DNA from: the human T2T-CHM13v2.0 reference genome, Homo sapiens | DNA: 64,000 nt | Direction: 5' to 3' (one strand) | NCBI RefSeq assembly: GCF_009914755.1 | Contig: NC_060933.1 | Shown: positions 13,691 to 28,140 of the stretch, one piece after another | Layout of the letters: each line of letters begins with the position of its first letter | Position numbering within the stretch: position 1 is the stretch's first letter | Translations under genes and position numbers: made by a program | Notes under the pieces: generated by a model | Databases searched by the model: none | The model's input: the letters and a program-made list of their open reading frames with translations, nothing else | What the model was told of the DNA's origin: nothing

Positions 13691-16600
13691 ATTTTTGTCC
13701 CTATTCATCAAGGACTGAGGCCCCTACAAATCCCCTCAATTCTCCTGCATTTAAGTGAGTGTTCTTAAAGAAACCTTTGTTCCCAAAAGATTTTTAAAAA
13801 CCATATTTACTGTAATATTATCAAGATATTACACTAGGAGCCATACTTTACCCATGTTTTCTTTGGTTTGTTGGTTCCTAATTTATAACTATGGGGTAGT
13901 AAATGTGGTATGGAATTTTAGCAAAGTAGAAATTAAGCCAAATTCATTTATCCTTCAGCACAGCATATTTCTCAAAAGTTTCCTATGGAAACTTTCTTAT
14001 AAAGATGGAATAAATCTGAGTATTGTCCAGTCTGGCTCTTTCATTATTCAGATGAATAAATTGCATTACATGGAGGTGAACAGATTCGTACAAGACAATA
14101 CAGCTAATAAGAACTTACTTTCATATTCCTCCAGAAATCATTTCATTTGGTAAGAGGGAATACAGGATAATGCAGAAATTATAGGATATGGCAAGGATAT
14201 AACAGCACAAAACACTAAGAAGATGTGGTTGTCTCATAATCATGAAGATCAGAATAACGAGGCTACTTAACATTGTTTCACCAATTTCTAGTGCAGTGAA
14301 CAGTAAATTTTTACAAGGGGGAAGAATGAACAGACCCATTTTACTGAAATATTTCATACATATACGAAATTGAAAGATAAATGAGACACAATACAGTTAT
14401 AAGGAAGATGGGAAGATGAGATTGATAAGTTCCTAGATAAATAAATATTGTTGACTGAACCTATAGAATTAATACAGGATTAATTAAGTATTAATATCTA
14501 TTAGAAATTTTTGCAGAGATAACTTAAGCCTCAAAAAAGGTTGGAAATATGTAATTATGTACATAAGGTATCACACGACATGCTCTCAAAAAGTAAATAA
14601 TTTGAATTTTGATTTGAATAAGATATGCATTAATTGTATAATTATTTTCTTAGTACATTTTGAAAGTTTTGGGAAAACAGAGCCAAATCTTTGTATAGTT
14701 CCCTATCCTTATCCTAGTGGAATGTCTTGCATGTAATAAGCTTTGGATAAATACTTATTAAAAACACTAATAACGGTTTGAAGAGAAGAATGACGTCAAT
14801 GCAAATAAAGGATAATAATTATGATCTCAGGGCAAAGAGGAGGATTAGAAAATCAAAATTTTTAAAAAACTGATTATCTAGAGAGCAATATTCTGGGAAT
14901 GCAAATGTTTCTATTGTTGAAAAAATGTACCCTATAATCAAGAAAAGTAGGTCAATAGTTCCTATGGCCTTAAAGAATTCTACAGTCTTACGATTTTATT
15001 CTCTATTATTCCATGCTTAAATAGTCTAATCTATTGATTTGTCTGCTTTTTATAACAGGAAAAGAGAAAAAAAACACATTCACGAATATTCTGCAAAATA
15101 AACACACCATTATTCACTAATAAATTGTCTTTCTCTTATACCTGGGGATGCCAGTAATATACACCTTTACTTTAGGACCTATCTTGTAGCCCTGAATGAT
15201 TTGTCTGTTAAAGGTTCTAAATTTCACCATTGTTAGAGAAGAAAGATTCAAACCTGAGCTAGCTTAAATAATGTCTGCAACTCACCAAAAAAATTCTTAT
15301 CTATTGGAAATGACCTAACATAAAGTAAGAAATGATCGAACACAAACTACATTTTATGTCAAGTGAAGGAGACAGAAGAATGTAAAAGTTATATCTCCAT
15401 AGGAGGTGTGTGGAATGTAAAATATCTTGTGTGTGGGCAGTAAATACCTTGGAGGTGTGTGGACAGTAAAATACCTTGTCGAAAGGATATATTCAGTTCT
15501 ATTAGATTAGAGGAATTCATCCAAAAAGGATTATAAAACACCAAACAAATTAAAAAGTGGGATAATTATTAATTCTAGGGAAACAGCCATTTGTTTCAGA
15601 AAAGAAAGTCATTGTAGTGTACTATGTAGTATGCTGTAAACAACAAAAATTCCATCTAAATAGTAAAAGAAATTGATTAAATAATAACAAAAATATGATA
15701 TAACTAAATTGAAAAATGTAAGCAAGGATGAAGTAAAATATGTTGGTGAGCAAGGCTATGAAAAAAGCTGAGTCCTCATCATCCAAGGTAGAATATCAAA
15801 ACTTACTGTCTCTAAATTTTTTAAAAAGATAAAAATACATTTAAAAACAGAGGCAAAATTAGAAGAAATAATTTGAAGAGCTGAAAAAGTTGTATGAAAA
15901 AGTGTCATCTGTGTATAGGAAAGGCTGGGGCAGGAGACCTTGATCATTCTTTATCAGCCTTGACTTTTTTAAATAAAAATTTTTAAAAAGCAGGTGATGC
16001 TTCTGGAAACCTCGGTGAAGAATGATTTATTTCAGAATGTATAACACTAAAGCAGAAGTTCATTCTTAATGTGTTCTCCTATTATATAGAAGTATGTAGA
16101 CTTCTAATCTGGGGAAAAGAGAAAAAAGGACATGGCTTTCAAATAGAAACTTAGCAAAATGAGTAAGAAGAGTCATTAAGCACTTTGATTAAATAAGTAA
16201 ATTACACATGGAAATACACTCTGGCATTCTTTTTTATTTATGCTCCAAAATATAGGCTTCTGGCATGTTGTAAAATGTATTTCTCCATTGTTATTTCTTT
16301 CTGGTCTTCAGATTTACTCAGACTTTTGCCACTATATCTGCTAAAAACTGAATAGAATATTACCACAAGATGGCACCTTTGAACATATTTCAAAATGTTG
16401 ATTATGAACATCAAATGCCTCCAACTGAAATGAACAGTGAAGACACCTGTTATTCCTTTTCTGGTTTTAAAAAACGTTCATGTGATTCTTGAAAGCAGAA
16501 GAAATGAAATTTTCATTTGAGTAGAAATGGGTTTGTGTGATTAATAATCTCCACATGGCTGAAATTTCCAACTAAATAACAATGACAAAAATGTATCTTC

Positions 16601-16894
16601 TTTATCGACTAAAACTCTCTTGTATACATTATCCCCCTTCATCATGATCACTGATCATAAAGCCCTTCCGGGCCACAAAATGAAGAGTGAGTGGCATATC
16701 ACCCAAATGGTTCCACGTACAATAGATGATTATGCCAGAACCAAAGACATTGATAATTTCTGACAAGGGTGAAAGGGCTAGCCAGCTCTGGGAATCGTCT
16801 GCATTCAGCTGCTGAGAATACAAATACTGAAATCACAGTTAACTGTGTACATGTACACTTAAAGATTTCAAAACTAGCCTGAGAAGCCTAAAAA

Positions 16895-17270
16895 AATTAT
16901 TTTAACTTACCTTGAAAAAATTATAATTTAGAGAAAAATTGCAAGAATAAAATAAATTCCCATGGACACTGCACCTAGATTTAACAATTGTCAGTATTTT
17001 GCACATTTGCTTTTTTACTCTATCTCCATGCATGCCTATGTGCGTATCATTATTATGAACATTTTTCCTGAACAAAATTGAAAGTAAATAGCAGATATTA
17101 TGACCTTTTATCCCTGTTTTAGTATGTGCCTCCTAAGAGCAATGGCATTCCCTTACATAATCACAATACAACTGTCAGGAAATTTAAAATGGATGCAATA
17201 CTATGTTCTAATATATAGCCCATATTCAAATTTTCCAGTTGTTTCGGTAGTATCCTTTGGAGTGATTTTT
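16895..17270 (-). mobile_element. L1ME-type 3' end fragment
   Basis: gaaaaattgcaagaata ... cacctagatttaacaattgtcagtattttgcacatttgc ... ccatattcaaattttccagttgt. Confidence 0.6.
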
Positions 17271-17454
17271 TAAAATAACAAACTCAACATTTTGAAGAAG
17301 AAATTAAAAAATGGCACATAAAAATATAAACAACATAAGGGAAACTTAAAGAGTAGAAGAAAAGGCCAAGAGAGGACATTCTATCAAATTTCCTTTAGGG
17401 GAAATAAGTCAACATCTGTTTGTGATAGGCAACATGATAAGACTAATTCTATAT

Positions 17455-17660
17455 TCAAACAGCCCTAGTTTGGCTTCCTGTCTCTTCCATTTATTAGCAA
17501 TGTGTCCTTGAGCAAGTTGCATTACTTCTCTAAGCCTGTTTTCTTTATCTGTAAAATAAAGGCGGTTCTTACAAAATAGTGATTTTTAGAACATCAGAAG
17601 TGATAATGGTAAGTATATCTCCCAATACCTAAAATGTAGTACTTGCTTAACAAATTTTAA
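17455..17660 (+). mobile_element. MIR SINE
   Basis: tgtgtccttgagcaagttgcattacttctctaagcctgttttctttatctgtaaaat. Confidence 0.8.
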
Positions 17661-20334
17661 CTTTTATTCCTAGAATAATGAAAACTTAACTCTTTCCAGC
17701 TACTTCCTTAAAAAAATGATTTGGAAAAAAAGAATTTATCTCTTGGTTCCCAAGTTAAATCTCTTGGTTCGTGATACCATGTTGCACACGGGTTTCCATC
17801 TGAACACTCTCATCCCACTGCCATTGAAGGGCATGTCACAGCTAATTATCTGTCATCACGCCCTGTTGCATAGGCAGTACCTTGCCTGCTGCTGCTGGGA
17901 CCTCAGTGCTGTCTGTTGATTCATTTGCATTGCCTCCTGAGTGTCTCTGCTGTGTATGGATCACACAGAATGAAGCTCAGGGGCCAACTGGCAGGCCCAT
18001 CTGAATTGTGGAACATATCTAAGTCCCCTCCTCATTACTTAGTGAGTAATGTGGGGGATGTTCCCTGGTTCACACACCCTGGCAGTGTAAATGGTCATCT
18101 GCTGCCTCATCTGCTTCTCCGCGTCTGGGGTGCAGGACCAGATCGGCTGAGGAACTTTGCTAGCACTTATGCAAATAGCTGTGGGAGCTCCTGGGTTTGG
18201 CAACATTCCTTTCAGTAGCCTCATTTGTGGCTGCGCCGTCTGCCTCTTTTGTGCTTTCACAGCTTTGTGAGGCAAGCTCAAAATAGATCTCTCCCATACT
18301 CAAGTTGTATTTATGTCCCTTTACCATGGAAAGATTGAAACCCTTCCCAATACGTTTAGTGCTCCCTGTTCGGTGTCTGAGTGACTGTGATGTTTCAATT
18401 TAAACTCTAAAAGAACATGTATTTGAGGCAAAATCAGACTATGCATATCTAGTTCTGATTCCCCAAATTAGACTTAAAATATATAAATAAATTCTTACAG
18501 CATGTGTAGACATAGAACAAGTCCCAAACTGTTAGGCATATATGTATAATACCATAATTTTGTTCCAATACAAACTTCATTCTTTCAAATAAACTGCGTA
18601 ATATATACTTGTAAAAAAATCTGCCTTCAATTTATTTTAAAAAATTATCTTCAAACTACTGACTTCAGAAAGTAGCTGTGGCCATTCAGAACAGGGCATT
18701 ACTGAGTGACAAGGATACTGTTTAATCTTGGTATGAATTCTTATTTCATTAAAGGATGAGGTTTCTTAATTTTTCCTTCTCTTTCCTCCATATTACTCTA
18801 TACCTTTTACTATGAGATACTCCTATAGAAACTAAATTTAAAGTCTACCTAGAAAAGAAAAAAAAAAAAAAGCATTGTAAATAAGCCCCAGCCATGAGAG
18901 TTTTATCTATCTACAAGCGGCTGTAAGAACCACTGGAAATAAATGATACCTAAAGCTGTTTTCCTCTAGGTGTCAGTATACTCCCAGAACTTTTAAAGCT
19001 TAGATTTAATGAAAAAAGTAGGAGCACAGTAAAATAAATGTTTACTGCTAGTCCATACTATTTATACATTTGAAAGATTTTTTTTGAAAACTGAACTAAA
19101 TTTGCCACTATGAATGTTCATCTGCAGATGACAGAATAGATTTTGTACTAGAAAGAACAAGATATGGCTATGATATATTTCTACAAACACACATTGTTTT
19201 TTCCATCTTTTTTTGGCATTGGAAAGCCCTATCATTCATTATTGGCTATCATAAGTTACCTTGTCCTGTGGACAGACATTAACATTCTAAAATTTCAATA
19301 AACTTTGTAGATAATTATTGATACCCATTACAATAATTGGGCTCAATTTAAAATGCTCATTGGCAGGAAGTCTTGCATTATACCTTTATCACCAATGGCG
19401 TAGATTTGTTTAATTAGACTAACACAGAATTTTTAAAGTAACACAAGATACAAATATGTTAATGAGTGTGTGACTGACATTTAGCATAACATGTATTCTA
19501 TTAAAACACTGTCATCCACATTCCTCCAGTCATAGAGAATCCTTCTCTATTTTCTCTCCAAATTAAGTTTCCTGAGGAGGCTGTGTATCAACTGGATGAC
19601 TCCCAGTGATCAAACCAGGAAAGTAATAGTGACACGCCTGCACCGATAGTTTCAGTGTATTTAAGAAATTCATTACGCCCTATTTTGTAATTTTTCTCCA
19701 AGCTTTATTTTGAAAACTGTCAAAGCCCCAGAAATCTGAAAAAGCAAAGCAAAACAATGAAGACTTGTATAGACTATTTATTTCAACAGTTGTGAATATT
19801 TTGTGACATCATATTTCTCTAAATAAATACCTTGACATGTAATTTAAGCAAAACATGTTTCTGAGGAGATCATATAAATTATTGTTAATCAAAATCTCAG
19901 GTAATGTAAATAGCTCTGTCAGTTTTCCATGAAGCCCTCAATCCAATTCTTATATGACACACAAGGAATGTATGGATAGATGTATGTGTCTAAATTCCTG
20001 CTGGTATGATTGTAGTCCTCAAAAAACGCTGGAGATCTGGATCAGGTAGATAATCACATACAGAGCAATCAGGAAGCAAAGCCAAGTTGATAGGATCTTT
20101 GAGATCCTTTTCAGAGCCCCTACTTCAAAGCCAGCACAATCCCTACCCTCCAAAGACCCAATCAGTGCACTTTACGTCTCATATCTCTACCATTACTCTG
20201 TTACCTGAGCAAAGTCTGAAAACCACCACTGGAAAATTCAGAAATATAATTCTAATGACCTCACAGATAAACCTCTCCAATTATGGCAAAATCAGGTACC
20301 TCTCTGATCACAGACAGGAACTTAGAAATAACTA

Positions 20335-20341
<7 letters not shown>

Positions 20342-20365
<24 letters not shown>
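20342..20365 (+). repeat. Poly(A) tract (24 nt)
   Basis: Direct reading. Confidence 0.95.
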
Positions 20366-20715
20366 TTACCATGATGGAAGTGACTCTGCCAACTCTAATG
20401 GATGAATATTTATTCATTTCTTAGTTTGGATGGGTGACAAATTATTAGCCTTTCTTAGGCACCAACTCTTAGTCTACTCAAGTTTCTTCCATAACCTTAT
20501 GACTAACCTAACTGATCATGTCACTCTCATAGTTCAAGATTAAATTTCATCTATCAGTGTTCTCCAGAGAATAAGGTTGGGACACTGTCAACTTTTTTTG
20601 AGACTTTATTTTGTACTTTGTCAAAACATTAAATAATTTTAATTCTGCTTAAGTAAATTTTTTTTAAGAATATCTTTGAAGATCTCTAGTGAAATTATTT
20701 TATAAGTTCAAAGTA

Positions 20716-21223
20716 CTGTTTTAGTTTTATATTTGCTACTGTAACAAATTACAACAAACCTAGTGGCCTAAAACAAGACAAATTTATTTTTTTCACTTCT
20801 GAAAGCTGTTTTTACAAAGTCACCGGGCTGACACCCATGCATGGTCAGGCCTGTACTGTCTCGGGAGGTCTTTTTCTTTGCCTTTTCCAGCTTCTACAGA
20901 AAGTGTCATACCTTGCATTCCTTGGTTCATGGCCCTTTCTCTATCTCCAAAGCCAGTAGGATCATATCTTCTCTGACTCTGCTTACATGTCCTTATGTCA
21001 CATGGCCTTCTTTGCCTCTGTCAAATCTCCCTCCATCTTTACTTTATTCGAAAATTTGTGATTGCATTTAGGACCCACCCACCAAATAATCCAGGATAAT
21101 CTCTTCCTTTGAAAGTCCCTAATTTAATCACATCTTCGAAGTCCACTTTATCACATAAGGTAACATTCACAGGTTCCAGGTATTAGGACCTGAACATCTT
21201 CGGGGGTCATTTTTCAGCTTACC
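20716..21223 (-). mobile_element. MaLR MLT1 (C/D-like) solo LTR
   Basis: gctactgtaacaaattacaacaaacctagtggcctaaaacaa ... ataatccaggataatctc ... cacaggttccaggtattaggacctgaacatcttcggggg. Confidence 0.85.
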
Positions 21224-21759
21224 ATAAATACTCTCTTTGTGTGCCCATTTTGAGAAATTGGCTCAGTTATTACCAATAGATAAAAATGAGGCCAGTTCCA
21301 AATTCTTCATTTTTCTTCATTAAACTGCTGTGAAAAGTTTATTCTTAGACAGTTTTCTGGCAATGATAGAAGACACTGAATCAAGACTGTAAAACTGACT
21401 GAAGAATTCTGCTTTTACCTCATAAATCTTCCCCCAAATTTCCTGCTCTCCAATTATTTTTCCTCCTCTTTACATGGAATCTTTTTATGCTATATTTCTA
21501 CTTAGAATACTTCTATGATAGACATTTTGGTTTCACCAATTAGCAGAGAATTTCAAATTCGTCCTCTAAACCTAGTTTGTTTATTGGTTTGCTTTCCTTT
21601 TCTTTACATGTTCATGTAATTAAGATGGCTTTAGTAGTCACAGCTTGCACAAGAAAGGTTGACTCACCTGCCCGTGTGAAAACATCTTTCAGATTTAAGA
21701 AGAGTCCCAAGGGAGCATCCCGAGTTTATTGCTCTTTGCAGGCTATAAGCTCTCCTTAA

Positions 21760-23150
21760 GTGATCTCAACCATTTTCATACTTTTAATTACCTTCCCTAG
21801 GCTAATAATTCCTGAATCTCTATATTTAGCCTTAGACACTGCCATGAGCTTCAATTTCACATATTTAATTGCTGGCTAGAGAAATCCATTTGACTAGCTC
21901 TCGAGACTTTCAAATTCCAAATACCCAAAATGAAACTATTTCTTTTCCCTATAAAACATGCCTCATCCCTCCTCAGCTAAAAGTGCTACCATCTATGAGA
22001 CACTTCAGGAGAAACCAGGCAGTCAATTTGGATTCCTCCTTTCTCTTTAATCTGCCAGTTGGCCACCCCACCTTTATAATGAATATACAACATGTCTGCT
22101 CATGAATCTTCAACAAATATTTTTCAAGTCTCTTCTCTCTCGAATTTTTCACCACTGCCTAGCTAGACCTCTGCAACCCTTTAAAAAGGCCTACAACATT
22201 TTCATTTCCTGAAACTTTCAGTATGTTAACATACTGAAAAAAAATGCTAAGTTAGTTATCACTGTATATATATTAAATACTAAACTGAATGAACTAATGG
22301 TTTCAATGCAAGTAAAATGGTGCTATTCATGAGAAAATTATAGGGCTTATAAAAAATTCAGACTGCGTTACGGGAAATATGACTAATATTGAAATACAAG
22401 TTTAAAATTGTTTGATAATATGTTCTTTCAAAACTGTCAGTGTTTATCTGAGATTGAATGCATACTTTCACTTGAAGATAATATTAGATGTCTATATTTG
22501 AGAGTCTCTGAATGTGAGTCCAATACCACACGGCCTTTCTGTAACTTCCTCTGTCCTGCCTCTCCTTCACTGATAGAACTGAAGCCTGATCCACCATAGT
22601 TTTCTCACTGCCTCCAAACAATGCTCCTCTCTTCCAAGGCTTGATTTACTAAATCTTAACTATCTCCCTGCCTCACTTAACAGAGTAAAGGACAATCTCA
22701 ACATGGTATTTTATGCCTTCTGGGACCAGTCTGTGATAATTTGGCAAGCTCATCTTCTGTCTCTTCCTCTTCCCAAATTTTAAGTTCTAAGCCTATGAAA
22801 TGTTTGCTTCTCTGAAAGACCCATACGTCTTCATACTTCCAGGCTATTGTTCATGCTGTTCCCGCTAGTCTACTGTTTATCCACCTAACTACTTCTCAGT
22901 AGTCCACCAGGCAAGAGTCATTCACTCCACATAAACTTCCCTCATGACCTTGCTGGGTGCAGTCCTTTGCAATGCAATTTGTCCAAGGCGTATCCTTGAC
23001 AGTTTCCACACCTTCATGCTTGTGATATTGTGTTCTTGGTGGGCAGAAACCATGTCTTACTTATTTTTGTGACCAGATACCCTGCAGATGATCTAAGACA
23101 GGATGGAAGCAAATTGATATTTATCAAATTGAACAAAACTGAGTGAACTT
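21760..23150. mobile_element. Interrupted L2 fragments (~21760-22200 and ~22540-23150)
   Basis: cttttaattaccttccctaggctaataattcctgaatctctatatttagcc; gggcagaaaccatgtcttacttatttttgtgacc. Confidence 0.55.
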
Positions 23151-23585
23151 GGAAGGCACTGATTTCACAACTTCTAACTTCCACAAGGTGGCAATATTTT
23201 ATTCTCAATAGAGAGCAAATCACAAAAATAGGAACTTAATGCAAGGATGGTGTTCAGTATAGATATATAGATATGTCATTATTTTAGAATATATATATAT
23301 CGAATATATATATAATAATATATTGAACTCCAGTCACGTGTATGTGCCTGTGTAGAGTGAAGCTGTTCTCCCAGCTACCCATTTATACTAGTGCAAACTG
23401 TCAGCGGACAAGTTGATATTTCCTTTACAATCTTTACAAAAACATAGTTGAAAAAATATTAAATTAGTGGGCAGTGGTTAGAGTAGATCTTCCTAAATAA
23501 AAGGGACCTTGTACCCTTTTCATCCATAGTGTTATCACCCAAAGATTTTCAAAAGTAGATGTGACACTGAACTTCAATTCTTGGT

Positions 23586-23680
23586 ATTAGTTGGGCGTGG
23601 TGGTAGTAGTAGTTCCAGCTCTTGAAAGGCTGAGGTAGGAAGAACAGCCTGGGTCAGAGTGAGATGCTGTCTCTAAAAGT
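23586..23680 (+). mobile_element. Internally deleted Alu right-arm/FRAM remnant
   Basis: attagttgggcgtggtggt...ccagct...aggctgaggtagga joined directly to cagcctgggtcagagtgagatgctgtctct. Confidence 0.6.
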
Positions 23681-24176
23681 TTTTAATTAAAGAAAAATGT
23701 GAATTCTGATCGTTGGGATAATTCAAGTATATTCCCAACTAGTGAGACAGGAGGATGGAAAAATTTGGGGGGTTTATGAGCAAGGAGTTCTTGCCCAGTA
23801 CAATATGAACCCTCTGACATTCACTGCCTACAGTATGAAAACTTGATAATAATGCTTGTCTTTAAACTATGTTGTGAAGGATTGGACATTATGTAATTTA
23901 TAATACATTTAAAGTATCCAGCACAAAGAAGAAACTGAGAATCTGGTGACAATAATAACTATTAGAGACAGTAGGAGGGGTCAAGAAATGGGAATTTCAT
24001 CTGGTCTTAAAGTTTAAATATTTTAAGCTGCTTTTTTTTTTACTTCAATAGACTACTTGGGTTTGGATCTGTTTCCCCCACGTTTTGATGTATGTCACCT
24101 AAGCCTCATTTTTCTCAGCTATAAAATAAACCTCTAGCAATCCATATTAGGTAGCCATAGATGAAACAAGAAACCT

Positions 24177-24223
24177 GCGTGTGTGTGTGGTGTGTATGTG
24201 TGTGTGCGTGTGTGTGTGTGTGT
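24177..24223. repeat. Imperfect (TG)n microsatellite
   Basis: Direct reading. Confidence 0.9.
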
Positions 24224-24614
24224 ATTTAAATAAAAACATGACTACGTAGAAAAGTATCCCTTTTTAATATTCCTTAGTATTCACCTTGTCCAGTTGGTTG
24301 CTGGCTAGTCTAGCTAGCAGACTGCTTACCACTTCTATGGTTGGAACACAAAAGCATAGGGAATTGAATATCTGAACAAATAAATATCTCCCCCAATAAG
24401 TAATTAATTCCTAAAATTCCACAGTTAAAGATTCATTCTTTTGATTTAAAACCTTTGACACCTGGTAAACACATGCTTAGGCAGGTGACTCTTGAAGTCT
24501 TATTTGCATCTAAGTATGAGTGATCTTACTAGAATCCGTCCCCTTAAACAGATTTTGAAAAGAGGAGGGTGGAGGAAGTATAAAACCTCCAAAAACCTTG
24601 AGGGGGATGGATAG

Positions 24615-24925
<311 letters not shown>

Positions 24926-25079
24926 TCCATCATTTTATATATACCTCTCAATCATGCTGAAGTTCATTTCTAAGTACATTTATTCTAATGTTATAGATAA
25001 AATGGAGCTCAGAGAGGCCAAGTAACATCAAGTAGCAGAGATTTTATTCAGAGGGAAATATGTATGCCCAAATTATATA

Positions 25080-26250
25080 AAGTCATGCACCACATAAGAA
25101 CGTTTTGGTCAATGACAGATGGCATATACCATGATGGCCCCACATGATTATAATAGAACTGAAAAATTCCTATGGCCTAGTGACATCATAGACCTCTTAA
25201 GGTCTTAGTACAACACATTATTCACGTGTTTGTGGTGATACTTGTGTAAACAAATCTACTGTGCTGCCAGCCATATAAAAATATAGCACATATAATTATA
25301 TACAGTATATAATACTTGACGATAATAAACAACTATGTTATTGGTTTATGTATTGATTATACTATACTTTTTGTCATTATTTTGGAATGTACTCCTACTT
25401 ATATAAAAAAAAGGTTAACAGCAAAACAGCCTCAGAAGAAGGCAGTGTTATCATAGGAGGTGACTAACAGCTCCATATGTGTTATTGCCCTAAAGAACTT
25501 CCAGTGGGACAAGATATGGAGGTAGAAGGCAGTGATATTGATGATCCTGACCCTGTGTGCCTAGGCTAATGTGTGTGTTTGTGTCTTAGGTTTTAACACA
25601 AAAGCTTAAAAGTAAAAAAAAAAAAAAACTTAAATATTTTAAAAATAGTAAAAGTTTTATAGAATAAGGATAAAAGGAAAAAAGATGTTTGTGCTTTTAT
25701 AAAAATATTTGTGTCTTAAGATAAATATTATTACAAAAGTCTAAATAATTTTTAAAAATTGAAAAATTAATTAATTAAAGTTATAGTTAGCTAAGGTTAA
25801 TTTACTATTGAGAAATTAATTTTTTTTAAATTTCGTGTAGCCTAAGCATACAATATTTAGAAAGTCTACAGTAGCATACAGTAATATACTAAGACTTCAC
25901 ATTCACTTCACATTCACCAGTCACTCACTCAGAGCAACTTTTAGTCCTGTAAGGCTTCATTCATGCTAAGTGCCTTTACAGGTGTACTGTTTTACAAATA
26001 TTTTATACTGTATTTTTACTGTGCCTTTTCTATGTTTAAATACACAGCTGCCTACAGTATTCAGTAGAGTAACGTGCAATACAGGTCTGTAGCGTAGGAG
26101 CACTTGGCTTTATCATATAGCTTAGGTGTATAGTAGACTAGACCCTCTAGATTTGTGTAAGTACAGTCTATGATATTCACTTGATGACAAAATTGCCTAA
26201 AGATGCATTTCTCAGAACATATTCTCATCATTAAATGATACATAATGTAG
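25080..26250 (+). mobile_element. Tigger3b/Golem-type non-autonomous TcMar DNA transposon (~1.2 kb)
   Basis: Starts agtcatgcaccacataagaacgttttggtcaatgac...gattataata. Ends gatgcatttctcagaacatattctcatcattaaatgatacataatgta (terminal inverted repeats). Confidence 0.85.
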
Positions 26251-26416
26251 TTCCAAAGTTCAGACTATGAGACCAAGGTAATACTGACTTTATCAACACA
26301 GTTCTGTGTTAGATACTCTGCCACTCCCATTTCACATTTCCACAAGGCTGACAGGTTATGGATAATTAAAGGAAAGAAATTGTTTAACTAGGAAATCCTT
26401 GTTAAAATGGCAACCC

Positions 26417-26531
26417 TGGGCTCATACCTGTAATCCAAGCACTTTACAAGGCCGAGGTGGGAGGATCACTTGAGCCCAGCAGTTGACGGCCAGCCTGGGC
26501 AACATAGTGAGACCCCATTTCAAAAAAAAAA
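26417..26531 (+). mobile_element. FLAM / Alu left monomer with a 13-bp target-site duplication
   Basis: ctcatacctgtaatccaagcacttt...gggcaacatagtgagacccc + A tail. TSD aaaatggcaaccc at 26404-26416 and 26528-26540. Confidence 0.9.
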
Positions 26532-27607
26532 TGGCAACCCCAACTTTACAGCTCTTATGCATACATCTAGATTTCTCCACCTTATCATTCCACACATATA
26601 AATACGTTTAATATATGTAAGAAACGTGAATGTGTTTTAAATTCTAGCCTATCTTTTGGTAGTTATGAGTGTTCATAGAACATACCACAAGTAGTAGTTA
26701 CTTTCTGAAATTTTCTTCCAACAAAAGTTATTTCACTTGTTATCCCAGCTGTTTTCTTTCCTCACTAACAGCAACTAAAATTTTAGGTAATGTTGTGGAG
26801 AAAGCTAAAATGATACTATAGTTTCTTTCTTTACAAAATTAAATATGGAAATTGAAAACGACCTCTGTTAATAGTTTCCAAAATTTCACTGTCCCAGCTT
26901 GACATAACTACTAGCATTTTTCAAAAGCGATGGCTCTATCATGAGGTTTTCAGCATTTTTGTCACTGTCTTGACAGATGGTAAAGTGCATTTCTACTAGC
27001 AAAAAGGACAGAAGAAAAGACATCAAAATTTTTAGTAAGCAAATAATGTTTCTTAGTGCAATGCCAGGCCAGATCTCATAAATCATCTTTAAAAATCAGC
27101 CACTTTGCTGAAATTCTACAATGACGCAGGACCTGTTCAGTCATCATGATCCCTAACACTCTTTTCTTATTTGTCTACAAATATGGTTTTCTAAATTGCT
27201 TTCTTTAGTCAACTAATCAAATAGACTATCAAACCCCTTTCTTAAGTAAAGAATTTATAGAATGTGGCAAGGGTTTTATTTATTTGTTTATTGCTTCAAT
27301 TCGTTCAACAAATAATATATTACAAGCTTACTGGGCATAAGGTACTAGGAGTTTACAAATATATGTAAGGCGTGGGTCTTGGTCCCTAAAAATGTATTAT
27401 ATAGGAAACTTGAATATAAAAAACAACTCATGTTTAATAAACAAGTCCCCAAATAACCTTGTTGTGTTGAGCCCCACCAAGTCATATTAAGAGTCAAATG
27501 TCTACAGGGACCAGTAGGTAATAGAAATGAATGAAATGCATCGGGAAACACCCTTTTAAAAGGGCAGCTACCACTCAACCTAAGCTAATTGTTATTATCC
27601 AAACATT

Positions 27608-28140
27608 TGTATGGGAGAAAAAATATATCTTCCTTCTACCCATCTTAGTTTCATTGCCTGGCACTCCTGTAACAAAACAAAACAAAAAGAAAAAAAAACA
27701 GATATACAAGATAAAAGGATAATTTACTTAATATAAGTTTTACATGACACAGGAGGCTTCACAAGAAAACAAAGACCTGAGGAAATTATTAAGCCTGTGT
27801 GTTTTTATTCTAGATTTGATGAAGAGTGGACAGTAGTGGAGAGATATGGTAGGGTGAACGGTATGAGCTCTATTATGTGAAGGAACTGTGGGAAACTTAG
27901 CAAGGCCTGCTTATTTGGATCCTTCTGAGTGTTCCATCCTCTTGAGATAAAGATGTTTTTTTCCCTCCAGGTATAGGAGGGCATCTTTCACATGAGGGTC
28001 TTAAGACCTGCTTAAGAAAGACGGGTGGGGAGAAAATCAGAGACCTTCCTGTTTTTGCCATTTTCTCAAACTTCTTCAGGTTAAAATGTTCAATATGTCA
28101 AAGTGCCAAATTTTGGGGTAACGTGTCCTGGACCTCGTCA
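27608..28140 (-). mobile_element. ERV1 solo LTR, MER34/MER39 family
   Basis: Reverse complement begins tgacgaggtccaggacacgttaccccaaaatttggcactttgacatattgaa. Confidence 0.75.

Noticed and set aside
13755-14153. 132-aa ORF
   Set aside because: It starts at GTG, has AT-driven F/I/L/K/N composition and no recognisable domain; expected by chance.
17716-18281. Overlapping 67-100 aa ORFs in the GC-richer block
   Set aside because: No homology recognised. Higher GC lowers stop frequency, and ORFs appear on both strands.
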